From Balamuthia mandrillaris (taxonomy: Eukaryota): a stretch of DNA of 64,000 bases. This document shows positions 52,311 through 63,344 of this stretch, in pieces. Positions within the stretch are counted from its first letter, which is position 1, and every line of letters starts with the position of its first letter. A program made the position numbers and the translations under genes. Below the pieces are notes generated by a model. The model searched no databases. It saw only the letters and a list, made by a program, of their open reading frames with translations, and was not told where the DNA came from. Location of the stretch: contig JAVKOQ020000021.1 of assembly GCA_031835245.2 (NCBI GenBank), forward strand, positions 248,001 through 312,000, given 5' to 3'.

Positions 52311-53661
52311 TCACAAAAGTTTCTCCTTTTCCTCTTCGCCCTCCTCATCCCAGTCACGTTCTCCTAAGATCCTCTTCCCTAGCCAACTGAGCTTTGGAGG
52401 GTGATGCTCTTCGCTTTCTGGATGGTGTTCGTAGTCACCAACTTCACCGCCTGTAGAGTACCATCGCGGCCGCTCGCCATTTCTCATGCAACGTCTTACC
52501 TCCTCTCTGTACTGCGGGTGAAGCTTGGAAGAGACGAAACGGACAAAACATTGAACTCGCCAGTTGGCCGATCGGTTGGGACAGTTGGAATGAGGTAGAC
52601 GTGAGTTCCAAACGATAAAGTCTCCTATCTCCATTGGAATCTCTGTGGCTTGTGCTCGTATGAGTTGTTGGTCCAGGAAGTAGACGAATGTACCTTCCGG
52701 AGGAGGATAGACGACGGTGGAACAAGCAGAAGAAGAACAAGAAGAAGACAAGTCAAATGCGCCGCGTTCGTAGTTGTGTCGATAGTCTCGTATGCGATCC
52801 AGCTTGTGGAAGCCTGGAATGCAACGAAAGCCTCCTCCGCCTATAGGGCAGTCACTGAGCGCTAAACCTCCCTGATACCTTCATAACCGTTTCGTCAGCG
52901 TTGCAAGAAGAGAGGAGGGGAGGGAGAGGTTACTTGGTTTCTTGAAGCTGCCACAAGTTCATGTCATTATGTATCAAGAAGTCGTAGGGCTCAGGCATGT
53001 CTATTCTCCTCTCTGTCTTCGTCTCCCTCCCATCCGGCTGCGTTTCCACCACTTCCTTCACAACGTAAGCGGGAGGCTTCAGCGAGGCCCTATCCAAACT
53101 GACCGTCAGGTCGTGTTCGTTCAGCAGCTGGGCAAATACCGAATAGAGAACGGGATGTTGTCTTATGCTGTAGTAAGCAGGGTTGTGCCAGCTGACGTCC
53201 AGAAAGCCGGTCCCCAACAAGGGAGTCCACGTTTCAAACTTTCCGGCCTCCACCCCACAAAACTTGTCTGCTCTCTCAAACAGCTCTGCTTTCATCCGTT
53301 CGCAAAGCTCCTTCTCGACAACCCCTTTCAGCACGACATAGCCGTCTTCCTCCAGGCTTTGTTTCTGCTCTTCCGAGAGAAGGTAACATGTGGCGTGCCC
53401 TTTGCTCCTCCTCGCAAGCGAGTTCAGTTCCTCCTTCGATAGATGAACCCTGTCCTCTCTTTCTTCGTTCGCTTCCACAAGCTGGGCGTTGCTGAAAGAG
53501 GGTCTTTCGGCGTTCTGTTCTCGTTGGTGCGGCTCGCGAAGGTCGTGGCCGAGCCTTTCCGCCCTCTTGTAATGCCGGATGGCAGCGGGCATGTCCCCGA
53601 GAGCTTCATGGCGTTTAGCCAAGGCGTACTCCCTATCCGCTTCTTCCGATATGGAGTTCAT
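52311..53661 (-). CDS. Phytanoyl-CoA dioxygenase-like (PhyH) Fe(II)/2-oxoglutarate oxygenase
   Basis: Motifs LEEDGYVVLKGV, SLDRASLKPP, HxD (IHNDMN), YQG and GDFIVWNSRLPHSN...R. One short intron near 52880-52930. Confidence 0.85.
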
Positions 53662-54149
53662 CGTTCGAAACCTACAGCCTCTCTTTCTCTGTCTGTTCTC
53701 TTTGCAGTGTTCCACCGAAGAAGGCAACGTGCAGGAAGCAGCGAAGAGCCAAGCGGGTGCCCTTGTTTTGTTTTGGTTTTATTAAAAAGAAGCGAGATGG
53801 AGGAAGAACAAGGGCAACGCGAGAAGCAGCGCACGTCCTGCAAGAAGCGAACCAAGCGGGTACCCGCTTGTCTTTATCTTTGTTTTTGTGTTTCGCGAAA
53901 CCTCGGTTCCGTTTGTTTTCTCTCTGCACGTTTGGACGTCATTTACGGCAGTATCATTGGAGAAGACAGGAAGCAGCTTTGTCGGGTTTCTGCTGTTTGT
54001 TGCGGTAGACATTTGTCGTGTATTTGCTCAAGACAACAGAAACAGCAGTCTCAAACACTTCATCCACATGCCGGCAAGGCTTTATTTTTTTTCCTTCTTT
54101 TCTGCACTTTTCTCGGCATCTTATGAGTTATTTGTTTTTTCTTCACGTG

Positions 54150-57100
54150 CTATGTGTTACATTGTCCGGTTGAAGTGTGAGAAAGATAACCGGAGAGCCG
54201 TTGGCAAAGGTCCTTTTGATGGCGCAAGTCGATACCGAATGGGATGGTGGATGCCTTGTACACGAAAAAGTATCGGGTGGTCACCAAATGTTCGTTCTGT
54301 ACAACGTAATGAGGATTCGGTTGTCCTTCTAAACTTGGATGTTTCACAACTGTTTTTGTTTCGTTATTAATGAAAGGAGAAGAAAGAACGAAAGGAAGGT
54401 GAAGAAGAAAAATCTTACTTTCACAAAGGGCAATCGCGTGAAAGCTGCCATTGCCGAGAATGGTCTGAGGCCAGGGCACCGCCGAGCATGGACAGTAGAG
54501 ACGAGATGTGTTGATGGATGGAGAGAGATAAATGCCGGCACCAAACACAGCACCTTTCGACATCAACGCAGTGTTTGTCATGTTTTGTAATCCCACACGA
54601 AGGATTGCATGCCTTTCATTTGTTTTGGTCGCAATTGAAAATAAGAAGAATAGGATAAGTTGTTAAGTGGAAAGTAGAGGAGAACAAAAGTAAGCACTAA
54701 CCAATTCTCAAGAGCAGAGCCGTGGAAAGCCCAAACGGAGCCATATTTCTTCTTGAGAGCTTGGAACTTCGCTTCCTTCTCTGGAGTCTTACATAGCAAC
54801 ACAAATTGATGTGGCGTTTGCATCTGGTCTATAAACTGCATTTAATGCGTCAGAGAACAGAGCGAGAGAAAGAGAGAGAGAAAGAGAAGCAGAAACAGTA
54901 CCCCATTTTCTGGAATTTTTCTCAGATGAGATCGGTTCGTGCTGAGTATCCACCGTAACAAGCGATAGAGAAGCGGATGCTTCTCTTGCTCTAACTTTTG
55001 TCGGAGTCCTTGTTCTCCATTTTGTGTCGCCATATCTCTCATTTCTTCTACCGATGGCGTCAGTTGAAGCACTTTTCTCAGTGCCTCTATATCCTTTCCT
55101 CGTTTAGGGTCTTCCTCCTTGTCTTTAATAGCTGTTTCGTTCTCTTCTTTTGTGGTTGGAAGAAGAAAGTCCGTTGGGAAGGGAGCAAGGAGATAAGGCC
55201 AACGTTCGGATTGAGCAGCAGCAGAGGCGATGCTTATCATCAGATCAACGTAATGTAAATCATGGTTGAGTTGAGAGGAAATGGAGGAACTGCCCAGCCC
55301 CAATTCCGTGAGTCGGAACAGACATTCTTCGCGAGCACAGGTAACCGGTTTTAGTCCACTTTGTTGGAACAATGAAAGAGGAAGAAAGACCGAAGACAGA
55401 CAAAAGATAGAGAGAAAGAAGACACAAAGAACACGAAGCAGAACACGAAGAATGTCAGTTTTTACGGTGATACAAACAAACAGAAAAGAGAGTATAACAA
55501 ACCTGAAAGGAAGTTTTCTGTCACAAACAACACAGTGGTCCATGCAATTGCGCAATCGAAGAATGACATAACACATAAGAGTGGCTAAAAGATTGGCAGA
55601 TGCTCGTTCGTTATTTGAACAAAACTTGTTCAAGAGATGCTGCACCGAAGCGTCCTGCAGTTCGTTTTTCCTCGTTTCTTCTTTTTCTGCGTCTTGGAGC
55701 GCGGGAGTTGATGAAGGTGAATTTGTAGCAGATTCCATTCTCGCTTTGGCTTTCCACGGATTGTTCTCCTCTTTATCCAAAGCATAAGCGCTGTTGAGCT
55801 GATCGTATCCGTTATCCAAAAGAAACCGTATGCCTCTCGTTTTCTTCAACAAACTCTTTTGCTCTTTTTCTTTCTCCAAAAACGAAGACCCAAAACGATT
55901 TTCTTCTTCCTTGCCGTTGTTCTTTGCTGAAGATTCCATATTGGAGAAGAAGAAAGCAGGCCATGCTTTGTTAAGGAACCGCCGAATGATTTGTTGCAAT
56001 TGTGTCTTCATTCCAAACTCTTTCTTCAAAGATGTGGTCTGACTTACTTCAATGAGTGGAGGAGGCGGAGGCGTTGATGCCTTACTATCATCTTGTTGAG
56101 AGAAATAATAACCGATGAAAGAGAGAGTGATGGCGATGGGCTGATTTTGACAGATGCCTAAAGCATCCGCAGTTGCTGCATTCATCCAACTTACATCCAG
56201 AAACAGAACAACTTCGTTGGATTCTCTCAAATACGTTATCGAACTGTTTTAGCACAAAAAGTTAATAAAAGAAGAGAGGGAGAGGAAGAGAGAGAGAGAG
56301 AGAGAAAGAAAGAAGAGAAAAGAGAAAAGAGAAAAGAGAGAAGAGAGAAGAGAGAACTGACTTGTAACCGAATATCTGCTGAACCTGATAAACATGTTGC
56401 TCCAACAAATCATCTTCATCTCTTACTATGAACAAGGAATAAGATCCGTCGTCTTCGTCCTCCTCTTCCGCTTCCTCATCCTCATCTGCTCCTTTCGAGC
56501 GAGCCGGTGAAAAGAGAACAGACGATTTTGGAGACCAGAGTTTGCTCCGCTGAATCAAAATGCACTCTTCCTCTTCATCATCGTCCTCATCTTCTTCATC
56601 TTTTCTTTCTTCTTTATCTTTTCGTGATAATGGAGTACCTAAACTGGAAGCCCACAAGTTGGCCATCGTCATGAACATAAGGCTTCCTTTTGCTAGCCTT
56701 CGTCGCCGCTCCTCGGAAGAACTGTTCGACGTTACAAACGAAGAACTTAACATGTTGTTATTGTTGCAACGTTTGTCATAGTCTGTTTTTTAATATGTTG
56801 GGTTACAGAAAAATAACAAAGAAAACGAGAATAAGAACGTACTTATGATGAAGAAGTGAACGATGTCAAGCAAAGCAATGAAGCGTTGAGAAGCATAGCG
56901 ATTGCCATGACGCAGAAATTCCTGTCCTAAAGCTGCTGCTCTCCTCGAAGAGGAGCCAGAAGAAGAGGAAGGAACGAGAGTAACGCTTGGTCGTTCTCGT
57001 GGATAACGATCTGGCACGTGAATCGCAAAGCAAAAACGAGGCTTCGTTTGAGCTGGTTCGTTGGTGGTCGATGTCCCTAAACTTAGTAATAGGGTTCTTT

Positions 57101-58354
57101 GCTCACGGTTCCATTCCAAAGCTTCAACACAAGTGTTGGCGTTCTCGTCGTCGTCGTCCATCGCGAATATTTGTTGCAGGTTCTTGATCTCTTTTTCCAA
57201 ACGAATGTTTCTCTCTTTGTTGATTCGTTCTAACAAAGCTCTTTCTTCATCTTGTTTCTCCTCTATTTCTTTCTTTTCTTCTTCGCATGCCTTGTGTTCC
57301 CTTTTGTGCTGTTCTGTTGAGGAAGTGGTGTTGAAACGTTCTGTTTGTTTCTTCTGTTCTGCTCCTTGTTCGGGTTCAGCTTTCTGTTCGTTGCAGTGCA
57401 AGTTACTATGCGTAAGGGCGATTCCACCTCTCGTAAGATGAGTGAAGAGTTTTGCTGTTCCCGACAAAATATCATTTTCATAGCGAGTGTTGGTTTGTTC
57501 CTCCGTCATTTGTTCCTTGGATGCTCTTTCCTCCTCTTCTTCGCCTCCTTTTCGCTCGGTTGATGGTGAAACTAAGTTCTTATCTTGGTGGAGAACAGCT
57601 GTTGCTGAAGGCGTAGATTTGGTTTTGGTTGTGACGAGACTGCCTCTGATGCGTATCTGTCCGGTGACTTTGCTGCGAGAGGAGCGTTTGAGGAGGGTGT
57701 GCCATTCGTCTTTGCAGTCGTGCCCATAAAAGTAACTCATCGGTAACGAGAGTTGACCCAAGAAGTTGTTCCTATAAGTCACATATGAGAACGAAAGAGA
57801 AGAGAGCAGCATAAGAGAGAGGAGAAGCAGAGAGGCAGAGAAGTCAGGAGAAAAAGAAGAGAGCAGAGAGGTGAAATGACTTGGAGAGATGGCGGTATTG
57901 TTTGACGACTATGTGAAGATATTCGTCCATGCTTTTGGGTGAGCTGGTGAGGGACCCAAAAGAAAGAGAGAGAGAGAAAGAAAAGAATTCAGTTAGGAGC
58001 CAAAAAAAACTGGAAGCACCAAAATAACCTACAAAAAATAACGGTCCTCCCAGCGAATGCCCTTTTCTTGCTCTTCTTTGCGAACTTGCATCATGTCCCT
58101 CGTTCTGGCCTTTTGTTTTCCTCCCAGAGAAAACGAACAGTACACATAGCATGAGCCTGTAAAGCATGTATTATTTATTTTTGTTTTTGTGGGTAAAAAA
58201 AATTGGAACAAAAAGAGCAGGAAAGTGGGTGACCTGAGCTTAAGGCATGTTCTCTACGTGACCATCGTAAACAAATGTCTTTGAGTTCGATAGAACTCAC
58301 ACACAAGATGCTGGCTGGTGGTAATGCTCCACTCAACGTTCTTCTCCTCTCCAT
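54150..58354 (-). CDS. PARP6/8/16-like mono-ADP-ribosyltransferase with N-terminal C2 and RWD/UBC-like regions; multi-exon
   Basis: ART motifs AFHGSALENW|HAILRVGL, GAVFGAGIYLS, IALCE and YVVQNEHLVTTRYFFV. Cys cluster CMDHCVVCD..CAREEC. C2-like LGQLSLP..EWHTL..KVTGQIRI. RWD/UBC-like VPDRYPRERP. Confidence 0.82.
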
Positions 58355-58411
58355 TTTCTTTTTTTTTTTTTTTTTGTGTGTCAAAAAAAAAAAGATATTT
58401 GCTTGGCCGCC

Positions 58412-58496
58412 GGTTCGACTCTCGTTGGCGGATTGTTCATTTTTGAAGACATATTACCTCAAAAATTAAGTTGAGGTCGTCGGGAATCGAACCCGA
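58412..58496. promoter_or_regulatory. Convergent pair of B-box-like motifs in the divergent ART/MoeA promoter
   Basis: GGTTCGACTC at 58412-58421 (+) and GGGTTCGATTCCC at 58482-58494 (-). Confidence 0.45.
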
Positions 58497-58582
58497 GGAA
58501 AGGATTGTTGTCATTCCTGGTATTCCTTGCATGCTTGACATTTTTTCAAACGAAAGAAGAGAGAAGCAAGCTTGGTCGAGAG

Positions 58583-60169
58583 ATGGAGAGCACCCACCAG
58601 GCGCCATCCCGTGGTCCGGTTCGAAGGCAGTCGCCTTACGCCATGGTTCCTGTTGACGAAGTAAGCAAAAAGAGAGAATATTTTTTTTTTCGTGTTGAAT
58701 GAAAACACGGAAGCTAATTATCGCTCAAAATTAATATTTAAAAGGGATTGGAAGTAGTGCTCAGCCATGCTGCCACACTCCCTGCGGTCGCTGTGGGGTT
58801 GGAGGCTGCTGTGGGTTTGATACTGGCCGAGGATGTGGTTGCCCCGTCGCCATTGCCCCCTTTTCGAGCGTCCATGATGGATGGCTATGCCGTGCGGGCT
58901 GAGGTGAGCGAAATCATTTTTTGATTTTGCGTTGTTTTGTTTGGGGGTTTAAAATGACGCAACAAAGGATCTGCCAGGTGACTACCCGGTCATAGCGGAG
59001 ATGATGGCAGGCATGGCTCCGGATGCCGTTAGGGTGGAACCCAGAACGGTGGTACGGATTACCACTGGAGCACCTGTACCAACCAACGCAGATGCTGTTG
59101 TGAAGGTAAACGTGGTCTTTTTCTTCTTCTTCTTGTTCTTCTTCTTCCTCTTGTTCTTCTTCTTCCTCTTGTTCTTCTTCTTCTTCTTCTTCTTCTTCTT
59201 CTTTTTGTTCTTCTCCCTTCCCCTCCTCTTGTCCTTTCGTTGTTCTCGCTCTTTTCTGGTCTTTTTAGCTATGATGAAAGGTAAAAGGTTTGAGCGGTTC
59301 GCAACCGAACGGGACAAAAATCGGAGTTGACGAGGAGAGGACTTAACGCTAAGGGAGATCATTCCAAGCATACAACAGAAGAAGAATGGCAAGTGTGACG
59401 AGAGAGATGTAATCAATACATCAAAACACGCGCCTCGAATGTGATGTTGGAAACGGCATCACATGGTCGGGCTGTTGTTGTTGAACACTGGACAGAGCAA
59501 TGCCTGTCCCGATAAAGGCCGAGGCGTAGATAGAGACGGTGCTTTAATTTTCCATCTTGCACCCTCGTAATGGCGCATTGCAAGACTCATGAAGCACATA
59601 CACATACCCCACCTCTCCTCACGCACATGCCTTCCTTTTTTCTTTGCTGGTAGATCAAGCTTTGTGGCTCCCTCTTCGTCAATTTCGGGTTCCCGGCAAC
59701 TCGCATTGATAACCATTGGCGAAAGCCTGAGCATCTCACTTTCTTTTCACATCTGTTCTCTTTCTTCTTGCTTCTCCCTTTTTGAATTGTAACATGTTTT
59801 TGTAATGCTCAGGTAGAAGATACATTGTTGCTTCCCGAGAAGGATGCAGAAGGAAGGCAAGTCGTTCGCTTCTCTCAAACTATAACAAAAGGCAAAGCCA
59901 TCCGACCCATTGGCTGTGATCTAGAGAAAGGACAGCTCGTACTAAGGTAACCGAGTCCTCGTTTTGTATGTTGTTTTTCCGGTCTTTTTTTTCAAGGCCC
60001 GAGTTGTTTTGATTGGTTAGCGCAGGAACGTTGCTGCAAGCTGCTGAAATAGGATTGTTGGCTACAGTAGGGCTTCACCAAGTAAATGTACGACGGCCAC
60101 CTCGCGTCGCTCTGCTCTCTACGGGAGGTACTTCTATACATAAGTTGAATGAGAGCAAGAAAGAGAGCG

Positions 60170-60206
<37 letters not shown>

Positions 60207-61117
60207 GAGAGCGAGCGAAAAGGAAAGCGCACACTTACTGTTCATTTTTATAAAAGATGAGGTTGTTTCGGTTGGAGAGACACTAGGACCAGGACAGATA
60301 TACGATAGTAATAGACCAATGCTAATGGCGGCAATCGCTCAGGTATTTGTTAATAATACTCCAATATTTTTTACTTTACTTTCTTATAATATACCATATC
60401 ACATAAAGTACTCGAGTAACACTTGGGAATGCATTGACTTGGGCGTCGCTTCTGATGAGCCCTCTCTCTTGGAGCAAAAAGTTCAGGAAGGCTTAAACAA
60501 AGCAGACGTGCTTATAACCTCTGGTGGTGTCTCCATGGGCGAACTGGACTTACTGCAACCTCTATTAGAACGCCTTGGTATGTCCTTCTAGAAACAAACT
60601 CAATTTTACTTAAATAAATAAATAAATAATAATATTATTATTTATTTATTTATTTTGCTCCTAAACTGTTTTCTTTTTAACAGGCAACGTACACTTTGGC
60701 AGAGTATTGATGAAGCCAGGCAAGCCATTGACCTTTGCTACAGTGGAAGTGACAGACAACGATAGCAGCAGAACTGTTTTGGTATTTGGTCTCCCTGGAA
60801 ATCCTGTCAGCAGCATGGTGACATGGCAGCTATTCGCCTTGCCTGTGTTGCGTAAGCTCTCCGGTTGGGAAGAGCCTCGCCTTGCTCGAGTATCTGCCAA
60901 GCTGGCCATGTCCCTTCCTCTGGATCCAGAACGGCCGGAATACCATCGTGCCTCGTTGAAATGGAGTGAGGAGGAACATTGCTACGTGGCCAATAGCACG
61001 GGAGAGCAAAGGAGCAGTAGATTGCTGAGCATGAGGAGCGCCAACGCTTTGCTATGTTTGCCTCAGCGAGAAGGTGTTTTGCCTGTTGGTACTATTGTCC
61101 CAGCTCTTCTTGTATGA
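58583..61117 (+). CDS. Molybdopterin molybdenumtransferase (MoeA / gephyrin-Cnx1 E domain), apparently without a G domain; multi-exon
   Basis: Motifs RQSPYAMV, ILAEDVVAPSPLPPFRASMMDGYAVRA, RITTGAPVPTNADAVVK|VEDT, IRPIGCD, LSTG|DE, QIYDSNR, TSGGVSMGELD, KPGKPLTF, GLPGNPVS, RPEYHRA and QRSSRLLSM. Confidence 0.94.
59271..59730 (+). ncRNA. Candidate structured intronic RNA bounded by box C (ATGATGA) and box D (CTGA)
   Basis: Non-microsatellite 460-nt block inside a 707-nt intron, with at least seven mutually compatible helices found by eye. Not matched to any known family. Confidence 0.55.
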
Positions 61118-61158
61118 ACACTGTTTTTTTTTTGTTTATTACAGTCTTTATTTGCTCT

Positions 61159-63243
61159 TCAAATGTTCTTTTGTTCAGTTCGTGGAAGACATCGATCTCT
61201 TTCTACTTCTTCCTCTCTTTCATGCAGACGGTGGTGCAACGACATCTCTTCTTTTGCCGAGAAGAATATCTTCATCGGGTTCAAGATATTGTTCGGATCC
61301 AACGCCGACTTTATGGCTTTCTCCGCTTTGACGCATCCCTCTCCTAACTCATCTATTAGTTGTTGCCTCTTGCCGATGCCGATGCCGTGCTCCGCAGTGC
61401 AGGTACCATCCATCTCCTGCGCCAACTTCATTAACTTCCTGTTGTACTCTTTGGCCGTTCTGACCTCTTGCTTGTTATTCATGTCCACCAGCACGAACGT
61501 GTGGAAGTTGCCGGAGCCCACGTGCCCTATGATTGGCAAACGGTCCAATCCTAACTCACTGGCCAGGCGCCTCGCTCCTTCGATGCAGTCGGCGAGGCGG
61601 CTGATAGGCACAGCCACATCGGTGGCGAAGGCCTCGGCCTCAGGACGAAGGGCAGGCACGGCGTACCAGGCATCGTAACGAGCCTTCCATAGGTTCTCAA
61701 TGTCTTCGCTGTCCTCTGCTTGATGTACATGAACGGCGTTGAACTGGTGGCGAGCTATCTCTTCCACTTGCTTGGCTTGGCGGTAGATGTAGTCGCGATC
61801 GGAGCTGTGCAGCTCCACGAAGAGGGTTGGCTTCTCGTCATAGCTTTGGCCTTGGCTCGTGTTCACCGCTTTGAGACACCACTCATCCAACAGCTCGCAG
61901 CGCATCACACTTCCTACAATTCCAGTGGACTTACATGTAAGTACTCTTTTTTTTTCTTTGTTCTTTAGTTCTAGCAACAAGAATAACGACGTACGAATGT
62001 CATCATAGATGAGCTTAGACACCGTCTTGGCTGCCTGCTCCACGGAGTGAAACACGCATCGCATGGCCAAAATATGTTTCGGCACTCTCTCCAAACGAAG
62101 GGTCAGCTCCGTAATAACACCGAGGGTGCCCTCCGACCCTACGAACAGTGCTGCCATGTTATAGCCGGCCCGGCTCTTTCTGGCCCTTTTGCCCGTGGTA
62201 ATCACCTCGCCCGAGGCCAACACCACCGTCAGGCTCAGCACCATGTCCTTCATCATGCCGTAGCGCATGGCGGTAGGTCCGCTGGCCCCGGTGGCGGCCA
62301 TCCCTCCCAACGTGGCGTCCGCGCCGGGGTCGCAGCAGAAGAACAGCCCCTCCGGTTTGATGTGCTGGTTGAGCTGGCCGCGGGTGACGCCGGCCTGCAC
62401 CGTCACGTCCATGTCCTCCGGGTGGAAGGCCAGGACCTTGTTCATGCGGCGCATGTCGAAGGAGAGGCCGCCCATCGGGGCCGAGATGTGGCCCTCCAGC
62501 GAGGACCCCTTGCCAAAAGGGATGACCGGCACGCCCAGGCGGTTGCACAGCTGCAAGATGCGGCTGATCTCCTCGGTGGATTCGGGGAAGACCACCACGT
62601 CGGGAGGGGTGCAAGGGTGCCAGGTCAGGTCGCTGCCGTGACGGCGCAGCACGCTCTCCTCGGTGCTGACGCGTTGGGGAGGGAGGAGCTTGTGCAGCTC
62701 CTTTTGCAGGCTGTCCAGCTTGGCGAGGTGGCCAGAGTCGCGGTGGGGCATGTCCTCCGCAGCGCTCAGCTTCATCACCCGTTCCTCCAGCTTGCGTTCA
62801 GGGGCTGGGTCGATGGCGATGCCTGTTATCACGTCTTCTCGTTCCATGTGGTCCGCGTGTTGTTTGACGAAGTCTGCTTCTTGCTGAGTTCCCAAGGTTT
62901 TTTTGTTTGCTAAATTGTATATTGGTTTCACGTGCGGTGAACTTGACAGATTTTCTCCGATACTATGCCTGTTTTCAGTCGATTTGCGGTCAATTCCATA
63001 CCACCTTTCCTGTCGTTTTTCGTTCTGTTTGGCCCTTTTTTGGTTTCGTTCAGGAAAAGGACGTGAAATTTCACGGATATGGGCAACTCCCGAACGGATT
63101 ATTTCCATATTTTCTCCGTGCTTCACCCAAAACGCGATTTCTATTGGCGGCGCACATGTCTTTAGTTTGCCTGGTTTGGCTTCGTTCGGTTTTGTTTTGC
63201 TTTTTATGCGAGTTTTATGATTTATTTTTTTCTGTTGTTCCAC
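61159..63243 (-). CDS. FAD-linked D-lactate dehydrogenase (LDHD/DLD1-like) with an N-terminal extension
   Basis: Motifs PDVVVFP, PFGKGSSLEGH, DPGADATLGGMAATGASG, GSEGTLGVIT, TDVAVPIS, GHVGSGNFH, GTCTAEHGIGIGK and LDPNNILNP. Probable in-frame intron ~61925-61992. Start uncertain. Confidence 0.9.
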   Translation of the reverse strand: MEQQKKINHKTRIKSKTKPNEAKPGKLKTCAPPIEIAFWVKHGENMEIIRSGVAHIREISRPFPERNQKRAKQNEKRQERWYGIDRKSTENRHSIGENLSSSPHVKPIYNLANKKTLGTQQEADFVKQHADHMEREDVITGIAIDPAPERKLEERVMKLSAAEDMPHRDSGHLAKLDSLQKELHKLLPPQRVSTEESVLRRHGSDLTWHPCTPPDVVVFPESTEEISRILQLCNRLGVPVIPFGKGSSLEGHISAPMGGLSFDMRRMNKVLAFHPEDMDVTVQAGVTRGQLNQHIKPEGLFFCCDPGADATLGGMAATGASGPTAMRYGMMKDMVLSLTVVLASGEVITTGKRARKSRAGYNMAALFVGSEGTLGVITELTLRLERVPKHILAMRCVFHSVEQAAKTVSKLIYDDIRTSLFLLLELKNKEKKRVLTCKSTGIVGSVMRCELLDEWCLKAVNTSQGQSYDEKPTLFVELHSSDRDYIYRQAKQVEEIARHQFNAVHVHQAEDSEDIENLWKARYDAWYAVPALRPEAEAFATDVAVPISRLADCIEGARRLASELGLDRLPIIGHVGSGNFHTFVLVDMNNKQEVRTAKEYNRKLMKLAQEMDGTCTAEHGIGIGKRQQLIDELGEGCVKAEKAIKSALDPNNILNPMKIFFSAKEEMSLHHRLHEREEEVERDRCLPRTEQKNI

Positions 63244-63344
63244 TCTAAGGCCATAAACAAGAACTATTTCAGTTTAGAAAGCCAAGGAGGAGCAAAGCGT
63301 AAAAGCAAGAAGCAAAAGAGCGGAACAGAAAGGATAAGAGCAAC

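Noticed and set aside
53443..54370. Plus-strand ORFs between the PhyH-like and ART genes
   Set aside because: They have no motifs, non-ATG or weak starts, and largely overlap genes on the opposite strand.
58470..58500. Complete tRNA gene on the minus strand
   Set aside because: Only a T-arm-like hairpin is present; no D-arm, anticodon arm or 5' acceptor strand was found.
59271..59730. Identification of the intronic RNA as telomerase RNA, U3, SRP, RNase P/MRP, or a U2 guide (AAAGGCCGAG at ~59514)
   Set aside because: There is no CCCTAA-type template, no intact U3 box A', no SRP helix-8 symmetric loop and no P4 consensus. The 10-nt U2 complement is not followed by a D' box, lies partly in a helix, and could arise by chance.
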